A DNA stretch of 64,000 nucleotides from Phyllosticta citribraziliensis (Eukaryota), in assembly GCF_038025025.1 (NCBI RefSeq), contig NW_027117343.1, positions 496,001-560,000 of the forward strand, read 5' to 3'. Under the pieces are notes generated by a model. The model did no database searches, was not told the DNA's origin, and was given only the letters and a program-made list of their open reading frames with translations. The position numbers and the translations under genes were made by a program. The first letter of the stretch is position 1, and each line of letters begins with the position of its first letter. Below are positions 35,962 through 48,863 of the stretch, piece after piece.

Positions 35962-36557
35962 GGGAAGAGGCGTGTAAACTTTGTACAAGCATCCTCGGGA
36001 CTCCATTTTGTCACGGCTTAGATTTTTGGACGGCCATCTGTTGGATTTAGATTTTGCGTCGGCAAAGCGCGGCGTTGGGAGCAATCCTGTGGAATCAAGA
36101 CACGAAGAAGTTACCACAGATGAAGCCCGTCGGTCAACGTCTTCGGGGGCTATCGCCACCAGAGTGAGGCGACTGAGATTTCCAGGCAGGCCATCACGAT
36201 GGCTCGCCGTGGGAGAGACCGACGGATCAACGCGTGCAAATATCAAAGCAAGCCCTACTGCGAACTTCGGCATCGAGACGAGCAAACGAAGCCCCTGTCA
36301 AATAACCGAGCCAGGACCGGCAGCTCATCTCCAAAGGACGACATGGAGTCTGGCGACACAAAAACGGCATTTAGGCTGCAAGGAAAGACATGCATACAGC
36401 CACGTGACAAGTTTCGTATTTGGAGTGGAAAAAAACACATCGACTGCTACAGGGCGCGTCTGCATCTCCACTTGTTCAGGACCGCGGCGAAGATGACAGG
36501 ACCGCGAGCAGGGGTTGGGGGCAGGCGGCTCATGCGCCAGCGAGGTACGTATGCGGT

Positions 36558-36973
36558 CTATTTATCTTGTTCGAGAAGGGCCTGCACCTTGGAGACCTTG
36601 TCGTCGAAGGACTGCTTCTTGTCGGTCCGCGTGCCAATCCGGATGTCGCTCTGGATGCGCACGACGCCGTTTTGGTGAAGCATGGCGTGGCATTGGCCGA
36701 TGAGGCGCATGACGTCGTCCCAGGAGCCCTCTGGTGATGGTGGGATTGAGCCTACAGACTTACCCGGGTGACGGCAGGGGGCGACGGCTCACCGACAGTG
36801 GTTCCGGCAGAGTGCATCGAGTACTTCAGGCCCGACTTTGCCAGCAGGCGCTGGACGGCGGCGACCTCGTTTGAGACGGAGGCTGTCGGAGTGCCCAGGG
36901 GTATGAGACAAAAGTCGGCCGTGCACGCAGGAGGCGTGGGGAGGGCGGAGGGGTGAGGGACGGGCTGGGCCAT
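36558..36973 (-). CDS. ECM15: Ecm15/MTH1187/YkoF-like (thiamine-binding protein family) protein; intron 36731-36792
   Basis: CTADFCLIPLGTPTASVS.EVAAVQRLL..SGLKYSMHSAGTTV|EGSWDDVM.LIGQCH...RIQSDIRIGTRTDK. Confidence 0.88.
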
Positions 36974-37487
36974 GGTGGTGGTGATGATGTCGAAAGGGGG
37001 AGGAGGTGGTTGCGACGGACGAAAATTACGAGGAGCCGCGGCTGACTAAGAGATCTTCGCAAGGCTGCGAACTGAACCCTGGTGCAGGTGGTGGGGCGTG
37101 GTCACAGCTGTACTGGGCTGCAGCTTCGACCGCGGCGGAGTGCTGTCGCACTGTCTGTTCGCAAAATACAACCTTGCATCTTCTTCTTCTCCGCCTCTCG
37201 TCTCGTCTCGTCTCGTCGCCGTCGCGTTGCTGCCTCTTAAATCTCATCTCACTCACTCGTCGCCCAATACCAGGCCTGCACCTGTACCTGTACCTTTCCG
37301 TCGTCGTGCCTTCCCGCTGCCCCTCCAGCCGCCTTGCATTGCATCGCCTTACCGCGCCAACCGCTCCGGCTCCAAACATGTTCACCCTTTTGCTTCCTCT
37401 CCATCGCAAGCCACTACACCCACAACATATCTTACACCAGCATCACCCCACTGCGCCTCCGCTCGCTACTCGCCGACGTACGCGACC

Positions 37488-38940
37488 ATGGTGAACAGGG
37501 CCCATTTCTCCCGCCAGCCGCCTTGTATGTCTTCATTTCTACCCGCACATCTCGACCCTCTACAAGTCGACCTGAAGTTCCTGGCCGAGGTATGGCCCTC
37601 TTTCTGCTTGACATGACCACCCGCTGACCACTTGCCAGGGCAATGCCAATGTCATTTACAGAATCGCTCCCGTCCGCGCAAACCAGACCAGTGCTTCCCT
37701 CCCCGACACCATCCAAGAGCTCGTCCAGAATGATGCCCACAACATTCTCGAGCCCGACTGGCGCTACAGTCACAGCCCGGACGAGCAGCGTGACTTCAAT
37801 CGGGACATGGCCAAGGCAAAGCGCTCGCTTATAATGCCCTACGAAGCCGCCGGCCTCCAGCGCGCAGCGGCAGACTTTGTGACCAAGTGCACTCGGGCCG
37901 ACTTGACCGGCGCGAGTAAGGACATGTTGCTACGTCTCAAGAAAAAGGTTCCCTTTTACCAGGATGACAGGACGACGTACGACTTTTACCTAAACACCAT
38001 TTCCGATTGGATCCCCCAACGCCATCTGGTTCAGCAGGACCTCATCAAGATCAGCAATGACATCATTGAGAATTGCAATTCGGAGCTGCGGACGCGCGAG
38101 AAGAGCGGACAGAGGGAATCCAAGCGCCATGGTACCTATCTACATCCTACAGACTCGGCCATCATCATGAGGGACATGAATAGCTACGACGCGGAGAAGA
38201 GCGTCACGCTCGAGTTCAAACCCAAGTGGCTGTGGCAGTCTCCGACTGCTCCGCCAAAAGCCACCAGGTGTCGTACGTGCGCATTGCGTGCGCAGCGCAA
38301 GAGCAAAGGCGAGAAGGAGTCCAAGACGCACGGGGTCCTGTGCCCATTGGTCATTTCTACGGGCAAGCCGGACTACATCCGGGATGTGGTCACGCAATTG
38401 GTGGACAATCCTTCCAATTACGTGGGCACGGCCCTGCCACGCTGGTTGGCGGACAGACATGCTACCAACGGGACCAATGGCCAGGCTCACGACAATGGCC
38501 CCAAGTCCCGGCACGACCTCATCGAAAAGCTTTGCCACCATTTTTCCAGAGACACGTCACGCGAAAAGAGACACGGAGAGGGTTACCATGTCCTCCAGGG
38601 GCTTCAATTTCTGCAGCAACGCCTCGATAAGCACGGGATTCTTCACCGACAACCGACTTCTGATTTCCTCCTGGCCATGACACTGCGCGACTGTTCTCTC
38701 TATGTTCAAGTCCACTGGGATAGCCAGCGCGTCGAGTCGAGACTGGGTGACCTCGACCCCAAAGTCTCAAAGGGGGGCAAGCTGGAGCAATGGCGAGAAA
38801 CGGAGCAAAGCCTGTTGGACGGGGGATGGTATTACGCAGCAGAGGGGGATGAGACGTGTCTACTCAGCAGGCAAGCTCGTCCAGTCATTCCTCTGCAATC
38901 CCCTGCGTCCTCCCGTCGTCCGTCATGTGCTCCCTCTTGA
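37488..38940 (+). CDS. IPK1: Inositol-pentakisphosphate 2-kinase; intron at about 37591-37638
   Basis: FLAE|GNANVIY, LLRLKK, TLEFKPKWL.QSP, RCRTCA, CPL, AMTLRDCSLYV, LGDLDPK. Confidence 0.9.
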
Positions 38941-39096
38941 GAGATTATCCATCCACTCCCCATCTCTTCCAACACACCACGGCGATGATACGACTCGTCA
39001 CACCTGCCACTGTCAGCACCACCCCTCCAACAAACCAACCACTACTGACCTCGACGGTACAGGCGCGCCGAGGGACCTGAAGGGACAAAATGGACC

Positions 39097-39714
39097 ATGG
39101 GTCTTCTTGACGTTCATCACTTTCTCGATGTATGGCGCATTCCCGAAGTCGACGAGTTTTTCAAACAGATTGACGAAACCGACGACGGCTTCGGACCCAA
39201 GCCGGTCAACATGATCCCCCTTTTTGCCGCCGTCGAAAAAGCCATGAGCCTCGCCATCGAAGGTGGGCCCCCTGCCCCTCTGCCCGACTACGCGCGGCGC
39301 ACGCAGACATATTTCCACGGCCGCGAGGTCATTGAAGTACTTGATAACGGAGGCACCTATGCCGATGCCACCATACCCACACCGGGTCTCTACACGACGC
39401 GCATCGGCTCCGACTCCAAATCCCTCATCTACGTCCCCATGCCTGACGCGCGTTTGCTGCGTCAAATCGAAGAGCACAACCGCGAAATCGCCGCCATCCA
39501 ACGACGAATCAATGCGGTTTTCGGCGACAACGTGCTGAGGGACCATCCCGATTTCCCTATCCCGCATGCCGAAATCCGCCGCATGCGCCGCGTTTTCCCC
39601 CCCGGTGCTCCCCGCCTCTTGGTGCCTCTTGCGGGCTCTGAGGAGCTTTTCCCCCTCGCGCGCACGCGCGGGTACCATGTCCTGGAGCAGTGGAATGATG
39701 TTTTTGGTGATTGA
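39097..39714 (+). CDS. Hypothetical protein (205 aa)
   Basis: ATG in ACCATG context, GC3-rich ORF; no recognised domain. Confidence 0.55.
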   Translation: MGLLDVHHFLDVWRIPEVDEFFKQIDETDDGFGPKPVNMIPLFAAVEKAMSLAIEGGPPAPLPDYARRTQTYFHGREVIEVLDNGGTYADATIPTPGLYTTRIGSDSKSLIYVPMPDARLLRQIEEHNREIAAIQRRINAVFGDNVLRDHPDFPIPHAEIRRMRRVFPPGAPRLLVPLAGSEELFPLARTRGYHVLEQWNDVFGD

Positions 39715-40600
39715 TGCCGCTGTCTTTCTTGTATGCTGATGTGCTGTCGCTTTTGAGCGCGCTCGTGATCTTTCTCTTTCTCTTTCGCTGCTGCTGCTGC
39801 CGCCGGCGGCACTGCCGTCTTTCTTTTTCGCTTTCTCTTTCTTTTCGCTGTCTTTGTGTAGCCGTTGGTCTTGCGGCGCTCTGTTTTGTCGTTTGCGACA
39901 AGGGCTTGTTGGTCGGTTTGTTTGTTTGTTGCGTCTAGCGTTCGCTGCTTCAGTATTGCTTGTTGTATTAGTATGTACTGTAGTGCCTGCAGCGTCGGCG
40001 TAAATGGCAGGAATAGGGATAGGGATAGGGATAGGGGTAATGTGTAGGCCGCTCACTGTACGCTTGCTTCCCTCTGGATGGCTTAGGGGGGGAGTGTCGA
40101 GTGCTTAGATAGGCACTCTTCATGACGTGCGCGCTGCCTGTGCTGTGCATGTGTATTTTGACGGTGGTTGATGCTGGTGATGACAATGGGAGAAGGAGAG
40201 GTAGAGCGTCACGGCATATTCTACCAGACGCGTCAAGAGTTCAGAACTGGAAAGACGCACGCAAGCAAGCAAAATGTGCGAATGGCAGCTAGCTGAGACT
40301 GACGTCCGTTATTCGTTTCAGGTGATATGTGTGTTGTGATGTGATGATGGTCGCTCCATGCTCAATGTCTCTTTTCCCTTTCGCTTCTGTGGTTGTCGTA
40401 CATTTACGCGACCCGACCTCAAAAAAGGCATGCCTACGGTACCTAGCCTCCAAAGTTCTCACATCCGATCTGATCTGCAGCGGTGGCGGCAGCGCGAGCA
40501 TCACGACGCGCCAGTCAAACCCGCCGCCAGCGTGCTCTTCCTGCCAACTCAAGCTAGCAGCCATGCAACCATGCACCATGTCCTTTCCAAACGCTCCCTC

Positions 40601-42076
40601 CTACTCCTTGCCCAACATGGCCGCGACATCGTCGTCGATGCCCTCGAATTGGTCACTTCCGCCAAACTCCTTATCCCCCTCGCCGAGCCGCCTCTTCTTC
40701 GGCGCACTGCCGTACTCGGCGCCGTAGCCATTTGTGGCGCCCGAGTCGTCGCGCTCGCGCGTCTGCGGCAGAACGGCGGCATGCGCGTGGGCAAAGTCGT
40801 GCACAGCGACGTCGGGGACGGCGGTGGTGGTAGTCAAGGTGGTGAAGGCGGAGGCGGAGGCAGACGGCGAGCCGACGGGCGTGATGGACTCGACGGGCGG
40901 CGGGGTGAGGCTCTCGACGTCGGGGCGCTGGGGCTCCAAGTCGTCCAGGTCCGTCTGGTAGGCGGCGGCCGGCTGCTGCGGCATGTACGCGAGGCGCGGG
41001 TCCTCGAACGGCGGCGCGGGTTGGTCCAGCTGCTGCTGCGGCTGCTCGGTGAGCCCGCGCATGATGCTGTCCTCCACCTCGCGCTTCTTGTTTTCGATGC
41101 TCTGGCGCCGCGCGCCAAGCTCCTCGTGCTTCTTTTCTTCGTCGACGAGCACCGCCTTGTGGGACGTGAGCATCTTTTCTAGCTCGCCAATCAGTTCGCG
41201 GCGCGCTTTGAGCGTCTCGGCTACGGCGCCTTCGGCCGTCGCGAGGTTCTTGAGGACTTGTGAGAGGCGGGCGGCGTGGACGGGCGGCGTAGGGGTTGGC
41301 GTCGCAGGGTCGGTGATTTTCGCGTATTCATCGTCGGCGGTCGTGACGGCGGGTTTGCGCGTGGTATCGGCTTTGGTGAGGGCGTTTTGGAGAGATGCGA
41401 GCGGTTGGAGTTCGCGCGGCGTCGAGGAGCCACCAAAGAGGGATCCGCCTAAGCCAGCCTTCTTGCCTGGACCACGATTCTTGTCCAATTCTGCGCGCGC
41501 GTTAGCTCCCCATCGAGAGAATGTCTCGAATACGTACCATCAAGGCTTTTCTCCACTTGGTCCTGGACCGACGTGTCGAAAATCTGACGCTGACGCCAGA
41601 CTTCAATGACACGCCGTATCTTTTGTTGTATCTCGTAAGGCGCGCCTTTGTATGCCGCTGATGTACCTTCGGCCATGATCTGGAGAACGTCAGATGCAGA
41701 CTCCACAAGCGTTGGCAGGACTGACCGGCGAGAATGCAGCCACGAATTCGACCCTCCGGCGGGCTTTGGATTGCTGTACAACCTCTGCCCCTTGTCAGTA
41801 TCCAAGTCACTCTTCGAGATGGGATGTAGCCGTACCATTGGCAAGGTATATCAGACTGAGTCTTTTGTTCGGGGGAGAATCTTTGACGCGGTTCATCCAT
41901 AGGTGAGCGGTGCGGTCTGCGTGACGCCTGCAGAAATGTATCAGCATGGTCCACCATGAATGGCAGAGAAAACCGCACCTATGAAACATGATCCACTGGG
42001 CGACAGTGACGATGCCCTCCTGCGTCTCATTGAGGGCAGACAGTTTCGCCTGGACAGCATCGTCCGTGTAGGCCAT
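40601..42076 (-). CDS. RTT103: CID (RNA Pol II CTD-interacting) domain protein, Rtt103/RPRD1 family; about 4 exons
   Basis: MAYTDDAVQAKLSALNETQEGIVTVAQWIMFHR|RHA...RLSLIYLANE|VVQQSK...RRVIEVWRQRQIF, followed by a coiled coil. Confidence 0.88.
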
Positions 42077-42458
42077 GATGACACCAAGATCAATGGATGG
42101 CTTGCAGATGCAGACAATGACGACTTCACGCAAGAGAGAGCAGACGACGAGGGTCTTCACGACAAGGACGATAGCCCCAGAGATCAGCAGAGGCGCAAGG
42201 GTGGTGAGCAGCGCAAGAGTGAATGCGGAAGAGAAATGTCGTCGAGCTCTACCAAGCTTCCACTCCATTCCGCCTTAGCGCGGCTGCGGGCCGAAAGGCG
42301 CCAACGTCGGTTGCTGACTACGCCCTCCTGTGCGCCGTACCGTAGCTCCCAAGTCCGCAAAACACCAAGCTGTCCACGTCTACAAGCTGTTCCTACCCTG
42401 CCTCCAACTCTGATCCAATCGCCGAATCTCTCCCTACTCCGCATCATCACCCTCCACC

Positions 42459-43351
42459 ATGGCCGACAGATTCCCGTCGCTGGACGAGATCGACGCTGGT
42501 AAAGACACCCTGCTCTCCCTGAAGCCTGCCCGTCCATCATTCAGCACGCTCTGACGCAATCGACTCGCAGGCCAGACTGAGACCCGCGGAGACGCCAACT
42601 ACGACCTCGTTGGAGACTCTGCAGACACTTCCGACTTTCTCAGCCGCGAGCGTGCTCTCCTCGGCGAGGATGCCAACCAATTCACAACACCTGGCGACAA
42701 TGCAGCCACCGTCGAAGATGACACTGGCGACGACCTGCTTGCTGGAGGCGGCAACTTCCCGAACATTGACGGCGGAGAGGAGATCTCTGGCTTCGAGAGC
42801 GCGTTCCCGGCGATAGACACCCAGAACGAGGTACACTCCTAGCTTCATGGCCAAGCCTCACAGACAAACGCTTACCCCAACGTTAGCAAATGGCACCTGG
42901 CGGCACCATCACGGGCAGCACGGCTCCATTCCTCCCCGGCGCTCCGCAGTCTTCCTACGCTCCACCGCCGGCCGACGAGCCCGAGCCCGAAGTCATTCGC
43001 GAATGGCGCGAGCGCCGCGACCTGGCCATCCAACACCGCGATCAGATTTCCGACGAGAAGAAGCAGGCGACCGTCAAGGCTGCGCAAGAGGCCATTGACG
43101 ATTTTTACGAAAACTACAACAACAAGAAGGAGAAGAGCATTGCCCAGACGCGCAGGGAGGCGGAAGAGTTCTTGGCCAGCCGCGACGACACCACTGCCGG
43201 CGGCACCAGCTGGGAGCGCATCGCAAAGCTTGTTGATTTGAGTGGCAAGGGCACGCGCGGTGGCGGAAGCGGCAGCGAGAAGGCAAAATTCCGCGAACTG
43301 CTTCTGAGCCTGAGGAAAGATGAGAACGCACCCGGTGCCAAGGGTTTCTAG
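42459..43351 (+). CDS. CLC1: Clathrin light chain; 3 exons
   Basis: MADRFPSLDEI, DFLSRERALLGEDA, FESAFPAI, EPEVIREWRERR, IDDFYENYN, GTSWERIAKLVD, FRELLLSLRKDENAPGA. Confidence 0.93.
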
Positions 43352-44263
43352 GCGCGAGATGGACGGGGCTGGAGTTGCGGGATCTTGAAGCTCCACGCTC
43401 GCGCTTGCAGTTTTTGGGCGCGAGTAATTGATTCAAGATACCCCCGAGCCGGGAACGAGCACACCACACCTTCAACTTTTGTTCCTGCGCTTTTTGTAAC
43501 ATACATGATAATTTGATGACTGGGTACTAGGGGCGGGGTGGGAAAAGTTCTCGAGCAGTCTGACGACACACGTCTTTTCCGGGGCGGAGGATAAGTACGA
43601 GGCGGCGGGCGGATGTAGGAAGTCTGCATAGATGATGATGGGTTTGAATGCGAGATTTACCGGCAAGTTTTGTTTCAGATGTCGTCAAACCGGTTTTTGC
43701 CCTCTACTCCCTCTCCCTTCATTTCCAGAGTGTCGAATGCGCGAGCGGATTTATGCAAAAGGTCGGACTACTCCGTCGGACCCGTCGTGCGACAGATGTC
43801 GATCCTGACATCTAAAGGGATTTGGACTTCGACCAGCTGCGCGCATGTTCTTCCAGTATGCTACAACATCACGCCTTCAGTGGTTCCTCCCATGTTGTTC
43901 TCTAGCAGCCGCTCTGTGACAAGGCTTGGCTGCAAACGCACCGCGTCTCTCCAACTTGCTCGCATTATCCCCAATCCACGAGATCTCCAACGAAGCGAAT
44001 CGAACTCGACAGTTCTGCGGACGACGGTGGCGGGAATGCCACCACGGCGAATCCCCCATTCCAACTCGACGTTATCCGAACTCCAGAAGCGAATTGTCTG
44101 CTCTGACTGTTGCAAATCCAAGATAGGAGTCTCTTTGTGCCTCAAGTCCTCAGGCTACTGCCGAAGACCTTCCAACATCAGGGTGTGGTGGAACTCACAG
44201 CGCCATCAAGAATTGTGGCAAGGCCGATGGAAAAACTGGCTCGACAGGCTGTTGACCGGGCCG

Positions 44264-44557
44264 CTGGCGTCTTTGCTTGGTTTGAGCACGATACACCCTT
44301 GCGTGGGTTTCCAATGAGGTCGCCGGTGTGTGAGTGGTGGAGAGACTGGATGTCTTCTTGCGTTGCGCTTTGCTGTTCGACACTTCGAGCTGCGCTGTGG
44401 CGGCTGCGGCGACGTCGTGACGGGGCCACTGGCGTCTTTGCTCGATTTGAGCACGGTTTGAAGGTACGTGGGTTGCCAATGAGGTCGCCGTTTTGTGAAT
44501 GGTGGGGAGACTTGATGTCTTCTTGTGTCGCGCACCGCTGTTCGGCCTTCGAGCTGC
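44264..44557. repeat. Direct duplication of about 130 bp with a 165-bp period
   Basis: CTGGCGTCTTTGCT..TTTGAGCACG...CCAATGAGGTCGCCG...GATGTCTTCTTG...TTCGAGCTGC starting at 44264 and again at 44429. Confidence 0.85.
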
Positions 44558-46956
44558 CCACGCGGCTGCGACAGCTATGGCGAGTCTTCTCAGTGGTCCG
44601 GTTGAGGTGTTTTCGCTATCGGGCGAGACCGTTGGGTATTGTGTAGGTGATTACGCGTCGTCCTTGTCAGTGGTCCAGTTGAGGTGACTTCGCTGTCGAG
44701 TTGGACACGTTCGGCCAACAAAGCCCCATCTTGTGTCGGGCTCCCTGATCGACTTTGCGCTCTGCGCGTGGAAGGACGGTCGCGAGAGAGAATATTGGAG
44801 GCTGAGAAGGGTTCAGGAGGCAGACGAGTGATCGGGCTCCCAGGACCTGTTGGGCGGAGCGCACGCCGTCGTCCGGGCTTTCAGAGAGCTCAGTGTTTTG
44901 ACAATTGAGCAGGAAGGCGATGCCACGTCCAGGGTGTGACAGAAGATTGGGAGTGGTAGCAGCAGCTTCCGAGCCATTGTTCGGCGCAAGTCCCCTTATG
45001 GTGCTGGAGAGATGGGCGTGGTGTTCTCGTAAGCCACGTCGCAGCCTTTCGACCAAGTCGGTAACGAACTGCACCAGTAAGTCCTCATCTCCCTTTCAGG
45101 CCCTTTCGGCTATTGTTCCATCGCCAACTCTTCAACCGTACAGGCTGGACTGCGGCTTTCATTATCCTCCGTCTTTTCTCGCTGTCTCAACTCCAACGAG
45201 CTTTTCCACTCCTCAAAGTGGCTGCACAACTCCTCGACCATTCCGCTCTTGAGACGCGCCCGAGAAACCTGTCGATGTCTTGTCGGACAGCCTGGGACCC
45301 AAGGCACTCTGCAGAATCAACGTCAACGATGGGAGTTGTCGGTGATAGTGACGCGGGGATGACCAACTCGCCTTTCCTATGTATCAATGAGCTTTGACGG
45401 CCAGTGTCTTTTAGTCGACGAGAACAAGTGGGCAGACTATGCTCTCAACAACGAGGTTCTTCCAGTCACTGTGGTGAAGGAGAGTGGCATACGGACCTTC
45501 GAAAGTGTTTGCTCTCAACGTTTGCCGTTTGCGGAAAAGCTGTCCCGCAGAGCGGATTGGAGCCTCCTTGTAGAGAGGTAGGTCATGACTTGAAGCACAG
45601 CAAGTGAGCTAACCGCACCTCCGGCTGCTCCCTGATTCAAGGCGGGCCCATGAGCATTGTACCAAACCCACCCTAGCAGAATCAGGCCGCGATGCCAAAG
45701 CCGAACACATTGCTTGCCGTTAAATTCGGCAGGCGAGGGGTTCCAAAACAACACTTCGGTTGAGCCTCATTGGGCGTCTCGTAAGTTGTGACCGGGACTT
45801 ACCAGTGGGTTCTCGAAGCCGGTGCCGATCCTGGAAAGATGGAATGTTCCTTGCAAAGCGCTTCGCGATTGTTCGGCCAAATCTGGCTAATCAGTAAAGG
45901 TCTGGGGATAAGGTTATGGCGTTGGATCTACTGGGCCTCCGACTCCCGGAGCTGTTTCTGCACAGCACTGTGGAGATGATCTTCTGGCTGGCGCCTTCGA
46001 CTTGAAAACCCGGTCTTGAGGTCCAACGCACCGTCGTTCCGGCCTGCCCTCCTGTCATATTACCAATTCCAACTAGGCAAGGGCAACTAATGCAGTTTCT
46101 CAGAACAAACAGCTTTTTGACGGCAGACCGACCTTTGCAAAGCGGCGGACAATCATTTACAACCATCAGATACAGATGCACGATATCCTGATAACACTCA
46201 TTATTTATTTACGCGGCAAAATCAAGCACTGCTACATCTGAGTAATGTCCTGAGCAGAAAGGACAAGGAACCCCTAACGCAACGCCAAACCACGACACTC
46301 AAGCGCGAGCGAAGCATTGCGCCAGGAGGTGTAAAGCAGCGGCGGCACCAGCGACGAGCATTTAAGGATGGAAGTTCAGACGTAGCAAGACAAAGAGCTA
46401 AACGAAAGGGGTAAGATGGCATCGACATTGGCGTTCCGACCACTTGAATCAGGCCGCCCTGGAAGGGGAGGGGTGGGCTGGCAGGCTGGGTCCAACGGAC
46501 GGTTGAGGCGGGATGCCCAGCTGTTTCGAAAAAGAACTTGTCAGAAGCATCGGCAGGCCGAAACGAAAAAGAAAAAGCATGTTTGCTGACCCGCTTTAGG
46601 CTTGGTGCCAAAATTCTGGCCAAAACTCTCGGAAGCTTTCATGCTCTGATTTGTTAATTCCTACTACTTTAGGCTACGTTCTCTCAATCCCTGCTCTGAC
46701 ACGTGGGGTTGCTGTGGTTTTATACCCGGCATGCCTGCGCCCATTTGCTGAAACCGAATAAGGTGTCGGGAGGTTGGACTGTTGGCCGCGAGGTTGAATG
46801 CTTCGGAAGCGAGGGAAGCTGACTATTTGATCATGATCTACCGCTCTCAGCGGCATGATTATTGCCGGTCCTTCTTTTATGCTCTCCAAGAGATGATATC
46901 GTCGCAAACAATGGTAAGAGTTCCATCCAAGCGCCGAAAGTGCAATGAGTCGAAGC

Positions 46957-47839
46957 TCACAACGCAGCCTTGCCCAGGTTGTTCTCGAAGTTGGCATCCT
47001 TGAACGGGACATTGGCCGAACCAAAGTCAGTGTTGGTCAAAGCCGTCTGCGCCGCCGTGGGCAGACTTTCCCACGCAATCAGAGGCTGCTCGCCGCCAAC
47101 GGTCGAGGTGAAACCCAGAGCGTGGTTGACAGGCCAGATGCTTTCGTACTTGATCAAAGGCCGAGTTCCACTGAGGTTGGGGCTCGTGGAGGTGCCGTAG
47201 CCACTGTGAGCTGATGCAGAGACTCCGAGAATGGTGGGTTCGGCGGCTGTCTCGCTGTCAATCCAGACGACGACGTTCTCCCAGTCGTGACGGTGACCGG
47301 TGCCGGTGGAAGGTGAGTCCTGCCTCGAGGTCAGTTGCCACAATCCTTCTCGCGGAGAGAAGTCTCAAACCTTTGGCCAGTACCACGAGTACTACGTCCG
47401 TTAGCCATGCTCACTTCTTGTTGACAGACTACACTCACCATAATCGCGTACGCGTTGTTGTAGCTCGTCGACCGCACATATACTTGGCCGGTGCTCGAGT
47501 CACAGTCCCCTGAAGGAGACCCCGTTGGGGCAAGGCCACCGCTTCAGCCTTGTCAGTGAATGATCTTGCAAAAGATTTCGGGGGATTCTTGTGCGAGACA
47601 ACTTGCACTGCTTACCTGGTGTTTCCGTCGGCGTCAACAGCAGGGAATGGAACGCATCCGTTGACGACCTTGAGCAACGGCTTGTACTTGAGGTACAGCT
47701 GACCGACAGTAGTATCTGGGACCGTCTGGCTGAAACCCACAACCGCATCATGGGCAATTTCGGCACGGCGCTCAAGAGGAGCACCGGCAACAGCACTCGC
47801 TGCGACCAAGAACGACAGACCAACGGACAACAGAGACAT
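46957..47839 (-). CDS. Type 1 Nep1-like protein (NLP/NPP1 family), secreted; 4 exons including a 21-nt micro-exon at 47371-47391
   Basis: Signal peptide, KYKPLLKVVNGCVPFPAVDADGN, two conserved Cys, AIM|YSWYWPK|DSP...GHRHDWENVVVW, SASAH, FGSANVPF. Confidence 0.95.
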
Positions 47840-48863
47840 TGTGACAACGGGAGGAGCTTGAGAAGGCCTGATGTCTCGAATCACCACACCAAGGCGGTAC
47901 CGCTATTTAAGTCGCCTTCTCGTCATGTTTCCCATCGCACGGGCTGTCAAACACCATGGTCTCTTCGACTCGCTACATTCTCGTAAGCGAGCTCTGTCCA
48001 GCTTTCCCTTCGAGAGGTCGCGCGCCGAAAACCCGGGGTTCGTGATACGCTGTGGTTTAGGGAGTCGGGGCACGCAGCGACTGCGTGGGATACGCAGGGG
48101 ACGCCATTGGCCGAAGCTCGCCTTTTGTGGTCGGTGCGTATTTCCTCAAGAGGCAAGTGATTGGAGCTATTACCAGATCTACAAAGCACGCGCATCATGG
48201 CGTTTTGGGTACCACAGTCAAGAGCCACGCACCAGCGAAGACTGGAACCTGGTCGAAAAGGGGGGATTTGTGTTTCGCATGTCTGGACAGTACGGTAGCT
48301 GTTTGCTCATCCTTTCAGCTGGGAATACAAAGTGTGAGGTGCAAACAAGGTGAAGGGGCTCAAAAGGCAATCTCGGAGCGATGTCGGTCAGGCCTTACGG
48401 ATACGGCAATGCCCCTGCTGCCGACTCCTGCACGGCTGCACCCAACCACTGCCACGAGATGCGGGGTTTGCACGCACTCATCTTGTGCGCGTTGAATGGA
48501 CGACGCGGGCTTGAAAAATCACCGGGCTCCGGCTCGAGGCCTTCTCTTCTCAGGATTCCAGCGGCACCTCCCGAGTACTTTCTTGGCAACCACACCTCAC
48601 GTATCGGCCGAGTGCACGACAGAGACGACGAGGTCTGCACATAAGCGAGATATTGAATGGCGGACAGCTGAGTAGTGTGGATGGGGAGTAAAGTCAGGGG
48701 TTGGGCCGCGCCAAAAGCGTGTGCCAAGTGACCTGGTGGAGCGAGGTCTGGTATCGAAGTTGAAGCACAGGAGAGCGGAGTGGAAGGGATTGTCAAACAA
48801 TTCACATGTAGCATTCCAGTTATGTTACAAAAGTGCTAGGTGCATTCAAGAGCTTTTGACCAT

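Noticed and set aside
40014..40037. (TAGGGA)n telomere-like or G-quadruplex tract
   Set aside because: Only about 4 units and not TTAGGG; consistent with an ordinary 3'-region microsatellite.
39013..40056. 347-aa minus-strand ORF
   Set aside because: Built from simple repeats plus the antisense of the 39097-39714 ORF.
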